From: Malacoraja senta
Lineage: Eukaryota
DNA: 20,000 nucleotides
NCBI GenBank assembly: GCA_038087875.1
Contig: JAXLNO010000176.1
Coordinates: 54,014-74,013, forward strand
Direction of reading: 5' to 3'
The notes under the pieces were generated by a model. The model worked only from the letters and a program-made list of their open reading frames with translations, was not told where the DNA came from and made no database searches. The stretch's first letter is position 1. Each line of letters begins with the position of its first letter. Position numbers and translations under genes: made by a program. Positions 8,233-18,173 of this stretch are shown here, one piece after another.

Positions 8233-8372
8233 AACATAGAACAATAGAGCACAACAACAGACCCTGTTGCCCACTTTGTCTGTGCCGAACATGACACCAA
8301 GGCCATCTCTTATCTACATGCGTAATGCATATTCCTGCATTCCTTGCAAATCCATATGCCTATCCAAAAGCC
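8233..8372 (-). mobile_element. Short decayed CR1/HER1-type LINE 3' end
   Basis: Its reverse complement matches 15300-15445 (CTTTTGGATAGGCA.ATGGAT, TTGG..TCATGTTCGGCA, TTCTATGTT tail). Confidence 0.8.
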
Positions 8373-8424
8373 AAAAGCTGATCTTATCTTCGGGCTGATC
8401 TTGGGACTTGAAGGCACATGTATC

Positions 8425-8660
8425 AATGGTGGAACAATGAAAATTGGGGATCAGCAAGATGGCAGAAATTGTGGAGCATGGATATTGGTGAGGGTTGGGT
8501 GTGAGACTGGAGGAAGTTAAGAGAGAGGGAAGGAAGTTGATAAAGGGATTGGAAACAAATGTATGTGTTTTAATGGGAAACATTGCTGAACTATTAACAA
8601 GCACAAGGGTTATGTCTAAGCAGAACTTAGTGAAATTCAGGTCATAACCAGTCGAAAGGA
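8425..8660 (-). mobile_element. Old LINE (L2/CR1-group) fragment
   Basis: Resembles, from memory, a common elasmobranch LINE segment (GGTGGA..AAAATTGGGGAT..GGCAGAAATT..GAGGGTT..CTGGAGGAAGTTA..AGGGATT); highly diverged, boundaries approximate. Confidence 0.45.
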
Positions 8661-9029
8661 TTCCTGTCAATAGTCAGTGGAATATGGGAACCCTTTCTGG
8701 AGAACATTGCGTTGGTCAAATTAGATGAGAAACAGATTCAGCAGCACATAATCCAAGGAAAAGAAAGATACAGACAAGCGATGCCACAGAGTATGAGTGA
8801 TGGTGTGATTGTGTTGGAAGATCAACCTATCTTATGAACACTTTTTTCACCCAAAGACAATGGCTAAAGGGTCGTTGCAAGGATAACTAGAAAACAGAAG
8901 AGATTGGTTTCAACATCATGAAATGTAATTGATTAAAATCTCTGTTCATTCCACACCGAGCACTCTAAACTAACCAAAATTATCAGTGAACCCTAACTGG
9001 CCAAGTGGCCCAATATCTGATAAAATGCT

Positions 9030-9116
9030 ATTTCCTTCATTTAACTAATCATTTTCTTTCTTGCCAAAAATAGTTTTTTTGGCAAGAAAGAAAATGATTA
9101 GTTAAATGAAGGAAAT
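9030..9116. repeat. Perfect 41-bp inverted repeat with a 5-nt spacer
   Basis: 9030-9070 ATTTCCTTCATTTAACTAATCATTTTCTTTCTTGCCAAAAA is the exact reverse complement of 9076-9116; loop TAGTT. Confidence 0.97.
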
Positions 9117-9680
9117 GAATGAATACTAAACTATACTATTAGTTTAGTAGTAGATATGGTAGTATTTTTTTGTCATATTGCTTGACATACTTGCTTCAAT
9201 ATAATTTGTATCACACTGATTCCATGGTAATATCCTTCAGTTTATACCACACTTATTGCATGATTTTCAATGAATCAATAAGTCCCGTACTTTAATTTTC
9301 AGTTCTTCTAGCAGTGTTACCATGTTTTATGTTAGGTTACTAATTGGTTCAATTGAACTACAGAAACAAAGCATAGTACATCTCAAAACGTTTTGTGCAA
9401 CAGCTAAGTAGCCGTTAGAAACGCTTGCTTTAGTTGGTTTCATTTTTAATTTTAGATTCGCGAAGAAAGCCTCTAAAAATATACTATGTTTGAATACTTG
9501 ATAATTATTGTCAATGTTAGCTATATTGTGGGGAGCACAACACACTGTTGATAGGGATTTGTTTTCTTCATTCCAACTGAGTTCCCATTCCAACTGCGGA
9601 ACTGTTGAGTACTAAGTAAGTTCCATCATTGGTGCTGGACTAAATCCTAAACCTGCTTAACCAACAGAATAGCGACATTG

Positions 9681-9854
9681 GAGACTGCATATGTTGGAAC
9701 CTTGAGCATAAATCAAACTGCTGGAGATCAGTGGATCAGGCAGCATCTGTGGAGAGAAGTGGAAATGGGCTGAAGTAGGGTCCCGACACAAAATGTCATC
9801 TGTCCATTTTCCTCCACAGATGCTGCCTGGCCCACTGAGTTCCTCTAGCAGTTT
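9681..9854. mobile_element. Palindromic Penelope-terminus-derived short element
   Basis: Arms 9715-9754 and 9812-9854 are inverted (18-bp perfect core CAGGCAGCATCTGTGGAG); the arm matches the Penelope end at 18181-18225; the centre holds a degenerate hammerhead-like motif. Confidence 0.75.
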
Positions 9855-10691
9855 CCTGCTTAACCGACAGAATGCTAGGAGCACTGAAATCAAATAGACA
9901 GCTGGGGTTATAGAAAATGACTCACCAACATACTCTCAAGGCCAATTAGGGAAGGCAATCTTCTTCTTTTCGTGTCCATCTTGTTACAACTGTTGGCCTC
10001 GCTGTCATCGTCCGTCCTGAAAAGGACGCAAGCTTCCAGTGACAATCAGTGGAAGCTATCACGTGTCGCAGTAGATGATGGTGGTAGCAGAATTAGCTCA
10101 GGATATTTCCAGTTTCCTGCCCCGCGATGTGGACGCTTCTACTATGGGGCCAAGGAAGGCAATAAATCCAAGCTTTGCTTGCAAAACCAACATCCTCCAA
10201 GTGTTTACAAATATTGTATGAAAGTCTCCAATGCAGACAGGAGGGAATGGAGGGACACCAATATTTTCAGAGTGCTATAATTCAATTCCCAATTACTTGT
10301 AAAGGGCAACTTTAGAAGGGTACTGTGCGCACTGAACTCTGAATAAAATGAAAGACAATCAACTGGTTTCATAGAGAGCATGTTGCCTGTGTTTTGTGGA
10401 TTGCAGACCATGTATAACTGAGGTCATGCTTCACAGCTAAGGGTTTACCAAATGATAAATCATATTAATAGCAGGATAGGCTCCCTCTACTGATAATTTT
10501 GAGATGTGAAGCAGGTGTGATATCTGGATTTGAATCCAGGATGTTTATTGCCAATTCCCTGGAATTCCCTGTCTGCCCATGTTTGCTCATCACCCCAGTT
10601 GGAATATAACTTTAACCTCATGTCTGTTTTTTTCCTCAAATGTTTAGGTGGTTGATTGGATCACTAAACTTCTTAACTTTTGAGAGAAAGT

Positions 10692-11002
10692 GGGCGGCAC
10701 GGTGGCGCAGCGGTAGAGTTGCTGCCTTACAGTGCTTGCGGCACCGGAGACCTGGGTTCGATCCCGACTATGGGTGCTGTCTGAACGGAGTTTGTACGTT
10801 GTCCCTGTGACCGCGTGGGTTTTCTCTGAGATCTTTGGTTTCCTCCCACACTCCAGGTTTGTAGGTTAATTAGCTTGGTAAATGTAAAAATTGTCACTAG
10901 TGTGTGTACGATAGAGTTAATATGCGGGGATCACTGGTCGGCGCGGACCTGGTGAGCCGAAGGGCCTGTTTCCATGCTGTGTATCTTCTAAACTAAACTA
11001 AA
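10692..11002 (+). mobile_element. tRNA-derived SINE (HE1/V-SINE-like)
   Basis: Pol III A box TGGCGCAGCGG (10703-10713) and B box GGTTCGATCCC (10755-10765); V-domain-like GGAGTTTGTACGTT..GCGTGGGTTTT..GGTTTCCTCCCACA; CR1/HER1-like tail GCCGAAGGGCCTGTTTCC and (CTAAA)3 end. Confidence 0.9.
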
Positions 11003-11167
11003 AGAAGGCCAAAATATTACAGTAAACTGCCTTCTACTATAAAAACATTGTCAGTAATGAAAGGTGCTTCTGGCTGGCAGTTTGACTGAAGACTTGTTAA
11101 GTATATTTCTTGTCCACAACAACCAATCCACCGACTAGTTCCCCCAAAATTAAACTACTACAGTGTT

Positions 11168-11426
11168 TGCAGATTGAGTCAGTGGTAAGGAAAGGAAATT
11201 TAATGCTTGCTTTCATTTCAAGGGAACTAGAATATAAAAAGCAAGGATGTAATACTGAAACTTTATAAAGGACTGGTCATGGCACATTTTGAACATTGTG
11301 AACAGTTTTGTGCCTCATATCTGAGGAACGATGTGCTGGCATTAGAGAGGGTTCAGAGGAGCTTTACAGAAATATTCCTTGGGGGTGATTGGGTTAAAAT
11401 ATGAGTGGCATTTGATGGCTCAGGTC
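11168..11426 (+). mobile_element. Older CR1 LINE fragment, 5' half (interrupted by a younger CR1)
   Basis: Homologous to 12890-13140 (GTAAGGAAAG..AATGCTTGC..TTCAT, GAGGAA.GA..T.CT.GC.AT.GAG.G.GT.CAG); resumes at ~13531. Confidence 0.8.
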
Positions 11427-13530
11427 AGGGTTGATGGTGGAACAGCAATGGCAGGTATTTCTGGAAATAATCCAGAAGATGCAGGATCATTTCATTCCAA
11501 AGAGGAAGAACGATTCTAAGAGGAGTGAGAGACGACCTTGGCTGACAAGGGAAGTCAAGGACAGTATAAAAATAAAAGAGAAGACGTATAACATAGCAAA
11601 GATGAGTGGGAAGCCAGAGGATTGGGTAACTTTTAAAGATCAACAGAAGGCAATACAGGGAGAAAAGATGAAGTATGAAGGTAAGCTAGCCAAAAATATA
11701 AAGGAGGATAGTAAAAGCTTCTTTAGGTATATGAAGAGGAAAAAATTAGTTAAGGCAAATGAGGGTCCCTTGATGACAGAACCATCATCAATAATAAATT
11801 CATAATGAGAGGGGAACAAGAAATGGCAGACGAGTTGAACAGGTACTTTGGTTCTGTCTTCACAAAGGAAGACACAAGCAATTTCCCAGATGTACCTGGG
11901 GACAGAGGACCTAGGGTGATGGAGGAACTGAAGGAAATTCACTTTAGTCAGGAAATGGTGTTGGGTAGTCTGATGGGACTGAAGGCTGACAAAATCCCCA
12001 GGGCCTGATGGTCTGCATCCCAGGGTATTCAAGGACGTGGCTCTATAAATCTTGGATGTATTGGTGATCATTTTCCAATGTTCTATAGATTCTGGATCAG
12101 ATCCTGTGGATTGGAGGGTAACTAATGTTATCCCACTTTTTACAAAAGGAGGGAGAAAGAAAGCAGGGAATTATAGACCAGTTAGCCTGACATCAGTGGT
12201 GGGGAAGATGCTGGAGTCGATTATTAAAGATGTAATAGCGGTACATTTGGAAAGCAGTAACTGTCAGTCGGTCCAAGTCAGCATGGATTTACGAAGGAGA
12301 AATCATGTTTGACAATTTTTTTGAGGATGTATCAAGTAAAATGGACAAGGGAGAGCCAATGGATGTAGTGTACCTGGCCTTTTAGAAAGCCTTTGAGAAG
12401 GTCCCATGCTGGAGATTAATGGGAAAAATTAGAGCACATGGTATTGGGGGCAGGGTATTCACAGATAGTAAATTGGTTGGCAGACAGGAAACAAAGAGTA
12501 AGGATTAACGGGTCCCTTTCAGAATGGCAGGCAGTGACTAGTGAGGTACCGCAAGGCTCAGTGCTGGGATTGCAGCTATTAACAATATACATTAATGATT
12601 TACAGTATATGAAGGAATTAAAAGTAACATTAGCAAATTTGCAGATGACACAAAGCTGGGTGGCAGTGTGAACTGTGAAGAGGATGCTATGAGGATGCAG
12701 TGTGACTTGGACAAGTTGGATGAGTGGGCAGATGCATGGCAGATGCAGTTTAATGTGGATAAATGTGAGGTTATTCACTTTGGTGGCAAGAACAGGAAGG
12801 CAGATATTATCTGAATGGTGTCAGGTTAGGAAAAGGAGAAATACAACACAACCTGGGTGTCTTTGTATATCAGTCACTGAAAGTAAACATGCAGGTACAG
12901 CAGGCAGTGAAGAAAGTTAATGGCATGTTGGCCTTCATAACGAGAGGAATTGAGTATAGGAGCAAAGAGGTCCTTCTGCAGTTGTTCAGGGCCCTAGTGA
13001 GACCTGGAGTATTGTGTGCAGTTTTGAACTCCTAATTTGAGGAAAGACATTCTTGCTATTGAGGGAGTGCAGCGTAAGCTCATGAGGTTAATTCGCAGGA
13101 TGCCGGTGTTATATGATGAAAGAATGGAGCGATTGGGATTGTATACACTGGAATTTAGAAGGATGAGAGGATATCTTATAGAAACATATAAAATTATTAA
13201 GGGATTGGACATGCTAGATGCAGTAAACATTTTCCCGATTTTGGGGGTGTCCAGAACCAGCGGCCACAGTTTAAGAGTAAGGGGTAGGCCATTTAGAACA
13301 GATGAGGAAAAACTTTTTCACACAGAGAGTTGTGAATTTGTGGAATTTGCTCCCTCGGAAGGTGGTGGAGGCCAATTCACTGGATGCATTCAAAAGAGAG
13401 TTAGATGGAGGTCTTAGGGCTAGTGGAATCAAGGGATATGGGGAGAAGGCAGGAACGGGGTACTGATTTTGGATGATCAGTTTAATGGGCCGTATGGCCT
13501 ACTCCTGCACGTATTGTCTATGTGTCTATG
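11427..13530 (+). mobile_element. 5'-truncated CR1 LINE (~2.1 kb) with a disrupted ORF2/RT
   Basis: Frameshifted fragments with PWLT, GNYRPVSLTSVVGKMLE, VPQGSVLG and TTTGCAGATGACACAAAG (FADDTK); 3' UTR ends in the short repeat (TGTCTATG)2. Confidence 0.92.
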
Positions 13531-13797
13531 TAACTCACTGGAATTTAGAAAGATGAGGGCGGATCTCGTTGAAACCTACGGAACAATGAAAGGCCTCGAT
13601 AGAGCAGATGTGGATCAGATGTTTCAATTAATCGGGGAGTCTAGAGCTAGAGGGCGCAGCCTCAGAACAAAAGGATGTATCATTAGAATGGAGGTGAGGA
13701 GGAATTTCTTTAGCCAAAGGGTGGTGTATCTGTGGAATGGCGGAGTAGACGATAGGCCTAATGGCCTAATTTTGCTCCTTGGTCTTATGGCCTTAAA
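13531..13797 (+). mobile_element. Older CR1 LINE fragment, 3' half (with an internal deletion)
   Basis: SLEFRKMRADLVETY..RNFFSQRVV.LWN continues the 11168-11426 piece; ends with a CR1 3' tail (AATGGCCTAATTTTGCTCCT..CTTATG). Confidence 0.8.
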
Positions 13798-14270
13798 TGA
13801 CCGAGCTACATGTTCTCAAGTTTGAAGAGTTATCTAGTGAACCTGAAGATTTTTCATGAAATTAATGGCCTGGAACTTGCTGAAAACAACAAAACAAATG
13901 CTGACATTACCATTTCCAAATCTGGGACAACTTTGTATGCTTTTTCAAGTGTAAAAGATCCACATTTTCGGATACTGATCCTGTCAGTACACTGTGCTGT
14001 TGGACTCTACAATGAAACTGGAGATGTAGGTCAGTCTTGTTGAGCCCATAAAGGGGCTGTCTCCCTGTGGCGACCTAATCGGCATGGTTCTTTTTAACTC
14101 GTAGTGCAGTGGAGTGGGGTCGCTATTTATTTACAGGCAGTCGAAGGCAGCCGTAGGCAATCTCCTTTGCTGACTGGGCATTTTGATTGGCTCATTGGAG
14201 TTTTCAGGACCAGAGAAAACTGACCGGTAGGTAAAATGCCCGCTAACTTTATTATACTTTTTAAAAGTGT

Positions 14271-14378
14271 CTCCACTCTCCCCCCCCCTTCTCCCCGCCT
14301 TCTCCCCCCTTCTCCCCGCCTTCTCTTTCCTTCTCTCCCCTCTCTCTCCTCTTCTCTCCCCTTCTCCCACCCCCCTCC
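14271..14378. repeat. Polypyrimidine/C-rich tract with ~10-11-bp CCTTCTCCCC(G) repeats
   Basis: Direct inspection: almost only C and T on the + strand. Confidence 0.9.
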
Positions 14379-14436
14379 GCATACTCTAAAGGACTTAACA
14401 TACACTGTGGCAGCCGTCTTTTACCTTCCTCTTCAT

Positions 14437-14437
14437 C

Positions 14438-14532
<95 letters not shown>

Positions 14533-14637
14533 TGTGTGTGTCTGTGTGTGTCTGTGTGTCTGTGTGTATGTGTGTCTGTGTGTCTGTGTGTCTATGTGTC
14601 TGTGTGTCTGTGTGTCTGTGTGTGTCTGTGTGTCTGT
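14437..14637. repeat. Compound microsatellite (CG)8(TG)39 followed by degenerate (TGTGTC)n
   Basis: Direct inspection: CG run 14437-14452, TG run 14453-14530. Confidence 0.97.
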
Positions 14638-15156
14638 CCAGCTTGCGGTTTCAACGCGGATGGTGGATCCAGCTCGAGGTCTCCCCCTTTACTATACACT
14701 GGGAACTCAGGTCTTGGAAACTGCATCAGTTTACAACTGATTCTGTATTTTTCTTGCAGAATTGGTTATAAAAGGCGAATTGTTGTCTTAAGCCTGCTGC
14801 CTCTTTAAGCCTAGTATCAAGTGTTTGGAGGATCCCTCACTAGTAACGTTGTTTTAGAAGCTTCCAGATTTAGGAATGTGCTGAATCATGTTTGTTAAAG
14901 TCATAAGATGAATGTTCCTATCCCAGCTAAATGTGGACTAGGTGAGATAAAGATAGCTGAGAGTGAATACTCATAAAGGCTTGTAGTCACTGCACATTTG
15001 CTCTGCGGGTTAAGAGCTTCCAGCCTTCCAAGGAACTGATGTCTTAGTTCATTCCTCATTGCTTCTGTGTGCAAACCTGTATGTTGTTAGTCATTTATAT
15101 GTTCATTTTTTAATATTTGAAATATCTAATACCACAAATATTAATGGAAATAAATA

Positions 15157-15450
15157 GTGGAGGGCATAGCTTTATGGTGAGAGGACAACGTTTAAAGGAG
15201 ATGTGCAAGGCAATTTATTTTACACAGAATGTGGTGTGTGCCTGGAACATACTGCCAGGGGCATTGGTGGAGACAGATATGATAGTGGCAGTCAAGGGAC
15301 TTTTGGATAGGCACATGGATATGCAGGGAATGGTGGGATATGGATTACGTGCAAGCGGATAAGAGTTGGTCTTGGCATCATGTTCGGCAGAGACATTGTG
15401 GGCCAAAGGGACTGATCCTATGCTATAATAGTGCATGTTCTATGTTTTAT
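15157..15450 (+). mobile_element. CR1/HER1-type LINE 3' fragment
   Basis: GHSFMVRG..FTQNVVCAWNILP (CR1 ORF2 C-terminus), then 3' UTR and TTCTATGTTTTAT tail. Confidence 0.85.
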
Positions 15451-15746
15451 GACAGACCACAAAAAAAGTTGGATGTGGGCTTTATCTGCTGAGGAGGCTT
15501 TAAGCGGCAATTTGGAAGCAGCGACTCTGCTGCCTCTCCAGCTCTGCCACCTACGGCATGCACACATTGGGACCAGGACAGTCCCTCTGCACCCAGAGCC
15601 AATAATTATGGGCAGCAGGCAAATGTATTTCTTCATAAATCAATGTTAAGCAAATGGTAATATAACAAGTCACCTGCATCAACTTCATATAAAAGATATG
15701 ATCAACATCAGTTGAAAACAGCAGGAAATATGTATAATATAATTAA

Positions 15747-16540
15747 ATAGAAGATAGAACAATAGAGCACAGGAACAGGTCCTTCATTTCACAATATCAG
15801 TGCCAAACATGATGCCTACACCAATTCTTATCTGCCTTAACATAATCCATATCCTTACACTGCCTGCATATCCATGAGCGTATCCAAAAGTCCATTAAAT
15901 GCCACTATCATATCTCCCTCAACCATCACCCTTTCCAGTGCATTCCAGGCACTCACCACCCTCTGTGTAAAAAATCTTGCCCCGCACATCTCCTTTTTAA
16001 CTTTTCCCCTCTCACCTTAAAGTTATGCCCTCTGTTATTTCATATTTCCATCCTGGGATAAAGGTCTGTCAACTCTATCTATAATTTTATAAACTTCTGT
16101 CAGGTCTCCCCTTGACTTGCAGCACTCCAGAGAAAAGAATCCAGGTATGTCCAACTTTTCCCTGGAAATGATACTCCCTAATCCAGGCATCATTCTGGTA
16201 AACCTCCTCTGCACCCTTTCCAAAGCCTCCACATCCTCCCTGTAATGGTGTGACCAGAATTGTATGCGTCGACGCCATGATCCCCCTGTATAACAATGCT
16301 GTTAAGGGTCTTGCCATTAATTGTATATTTTCCCCTTATATTCGACCTCCCAAAGTGCAACATCTCACACTTGCTTGGATGATCCTCCATCTTCCATTTC
16401 CCTGTCATCCTCTGTGGCTGATCCATATCTTGCTGAACACCTTGACAGCCTTCATCGCCGTCTGCAACCCCAGCAATCTTGGTATCATTTGCAAACTTAC
16501 TAACTAATCAGTTTATATTTACGTCAAAGTCATATATCTA
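15747..16540 (-). mobile_element. CR1 LINE 3' fragment (main part)
   Basis: Fragments ALERVQRRFTRMMPGL, RGDLTEVYKI and KCEMLHFGRSN; GTATCATTTGCAAA is an FADDT-like motif on the minus strand; tail near 15747-15770. Confidence 0.88.
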
Positions 16541-16545
16541 TATAT

Positions 16546-17038
16546 ATTTATTTATTTATTTATTTATTTATTTATTTGTTCCGAACAAGTAAAGACATAA
16601 ATAGGAATAAATAACAACAACAAAATCGAAATAGTCAAACATTGGACATTCCAGGCAATATTTGCAAAGCAATGAAAAGCATAATGCAAAATTTAAATGT
16701 CTAACACTTTTCTTTACAAGCTCGAAAAGGAGTGAGAAGAAGAATAACTTATTTAATCTCACCCCTTCTCCCTAAACCCTTCTTCCATATTTAATAATTA
16801 ATTAATTAACAATAATAATACCCCAGACAATTTTTAGAGATACATTAAGACATATATATACATACAACTGATATACACATACAAGTAATATGTGTGAAGT
16901 AACCAAAAGACATAAATGAATAATAAATAAAACAATAAATAAACATTAACCCCTATTTATCAACCATCCCCTTCATCCCTGTACCTTGTGAAAAAAAGTT
17001 TTTTGTATGTCATTTTGAACTGGTTCATGTTTGGACAT
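16546..17038 (-). mobile_element. 5'-truncated L2/Crack-like LINE 3' end inserted into the CR1
   Basis: (AAAT)8 tail at 16546-16577; 11-bp stem-loop at 16727-16767; ORF C-terminus CPNMNQFKMTYKKLFFTRYRDEGDG* at 17037-16960. Clade assignment is from memory. Confidence 0.65.
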
Positions 17039-17040
17039 AT

Positions 17041-17131
17041 ATAGATATCCCATCAGAACTCCACTAGTCACAGACTTCCAGCTTGAATAGTATCCTTCTA
17101 CTACAACCCGCTGACTTCTATCAGTAAGCCA
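17041..17131 (-). mobile_element. CR1 fragment continuing 15747-16540
   Basis: Reverse complement (TGGCTTACTGATAGAAGTCAGCGGGT..GTGACTAGTGGAGTTC) parallels 12474-12550 (WL.DR.QRV..VTSGV). Confidence 0.75.
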
Positions 17132-17269
17132 TAGCGTACTTTAACAAAATTCTCAAATGATCTGAACAAATTTGTGAAATGTGGTTTTGTTTTCTCTCAT
17201 ATGAAGATCTCTTTATAACTCATCTGTGGAATGATACCGGTTCTTTATAGTCAGGTATATTAAGCTTTG

Positions 17270-17890
17270 ATCATAATTGTAATTAATTTATTAGCCAAGT
17301 ATGTTTTGCAACATACAAAGAATTTGATTTTGCCATACAGTCATACCGAAAAAAGCAAGAAGACTTGCAACTACATAAAAATAACATAAACATCCACCAC
17401 ATTCCCCACTGTGATGGAAGGCAATAAAGTCTTATTTTCTTTCCTCCTTTTCTCCTGCGGTCGGGGCAGTCAAACCATCCGCAGTCGGGGCTGTTGGAGC
17501 TCCCGAAGTTAGTCCCTAACCAGGGACCGCGAGCTCCACGATGTTATGTCCGCAGGCTCCCGCTTTTGGAGCTCCCGAGATCGATCCCTGGCAAAGGGAC
17601 CGCCAGCTCCGTGATGTTAAGTCCGCAGGCTCCTGCGGATGGAGCTCCCGAGGCCGATCCCCAGCAAAAGGCCGCCAGCTCCATGACGTTAGGCCGCAGT
17701 GCGGACGGAGATACGATACGAAAAAAAGTTGCATCTCCGTCGAGGAACGAGATTTAAAAAGTTTCCCCCACCCTCCACATGATACAAAACTAAATGTTCA
17801 CTAAAACATACATTTAACAACAGACTAAAAACAACAAAGAAGAGAGACGAGACAGACCGTTGGCAGAGGCAGCCATTGTTCGGCACCACC
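17270..17890 (-). mobile_element. Non-autonomous LINE-derived (SINE-like) element with internal tandem repeats
   Basis: Minus-strand 5' end GTGGTGCCGAACAATGGCTGCC; 3' end CATACTTGGCTAATAAA followed by short AT-rich repeats; CpG-rich interior; no recognisable coding domain. Confidence 0.6.
17495..17699. repeat. Three tandem 72-73-bp GC-rich repeats
   Basis: TGGAGCTCCCGA starts at 17495, 17567 and 17640; each is followed by AGCTCC..GA.GTTA..CCGCAG. Confidence 0.92.
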
Positions 17891-18173
17891 TTGTGTCTAT
17901 CACACAGCTGTTGTGTTGGACAACATCCATTTTTGTTCTTTCTTTCCTGAATTAATTGAGGTGTTCTACTTCCAATTTCCATGAAACCTGTGCTATTATT
18001 TTCTGATGTTACAGATCAAACAGCATTTTCTTCCAGAAATGAGCAACATAATATTCCTTTTCACCTTATGTTTTTGAAATGTCTGATCCTTCTGACACTA
18101 TGCATAATAAAAATGTCTGAGAGATTCCAGTGGTTTTTAGCTGCCAGGTTCACCTTTCAGATCACTGGATTTT

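Larger units (their letters stand above)
14052..14683. mobile_element. Truncated non-autonomous DNA transposon, possibly PIF/Harbinger-type
   Basis: Starts TAA|AGGGGCTGTC, resembling Harbinger-type termini and their TWA target; CpG-richer than the flanks; second terminal repeat not found. Confidence 0.4.

Noticed and set aside
9960..10280. 102-aa ORF and locally CpG-richer segment with an 8-bp hairpin (AGCTTCCA/TGGAAGCT)
   Set aside because: GTG start and no recognisable domain; could be a repeat 3' end or conserved element but cannot be supported without a search.
10692..10770. tRNA gene
   Set aside because: tRNA-like head of a SINE; continues into SINE body and LINE-derived tail.
14127..14808. 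Cys/Val-rich and Gly/Arg/Glu-rich ORFs
   Set aside because: Translations of the microsatellite and polypyrimidine tract.
16534..17048. 12-bp inverted repeats (ATATCTATATAT/ATATATAGATAT) flanking the L2-like insert as transposon TIRs
   Set aside because: Low-complexity AT sequence; the insert has retrotransposon hallmarks instead.
17495..17699. CRISPR-like array
   Set aside because: Whole units are homologous with no unique spacers; eukaryotic context, no cas genes.
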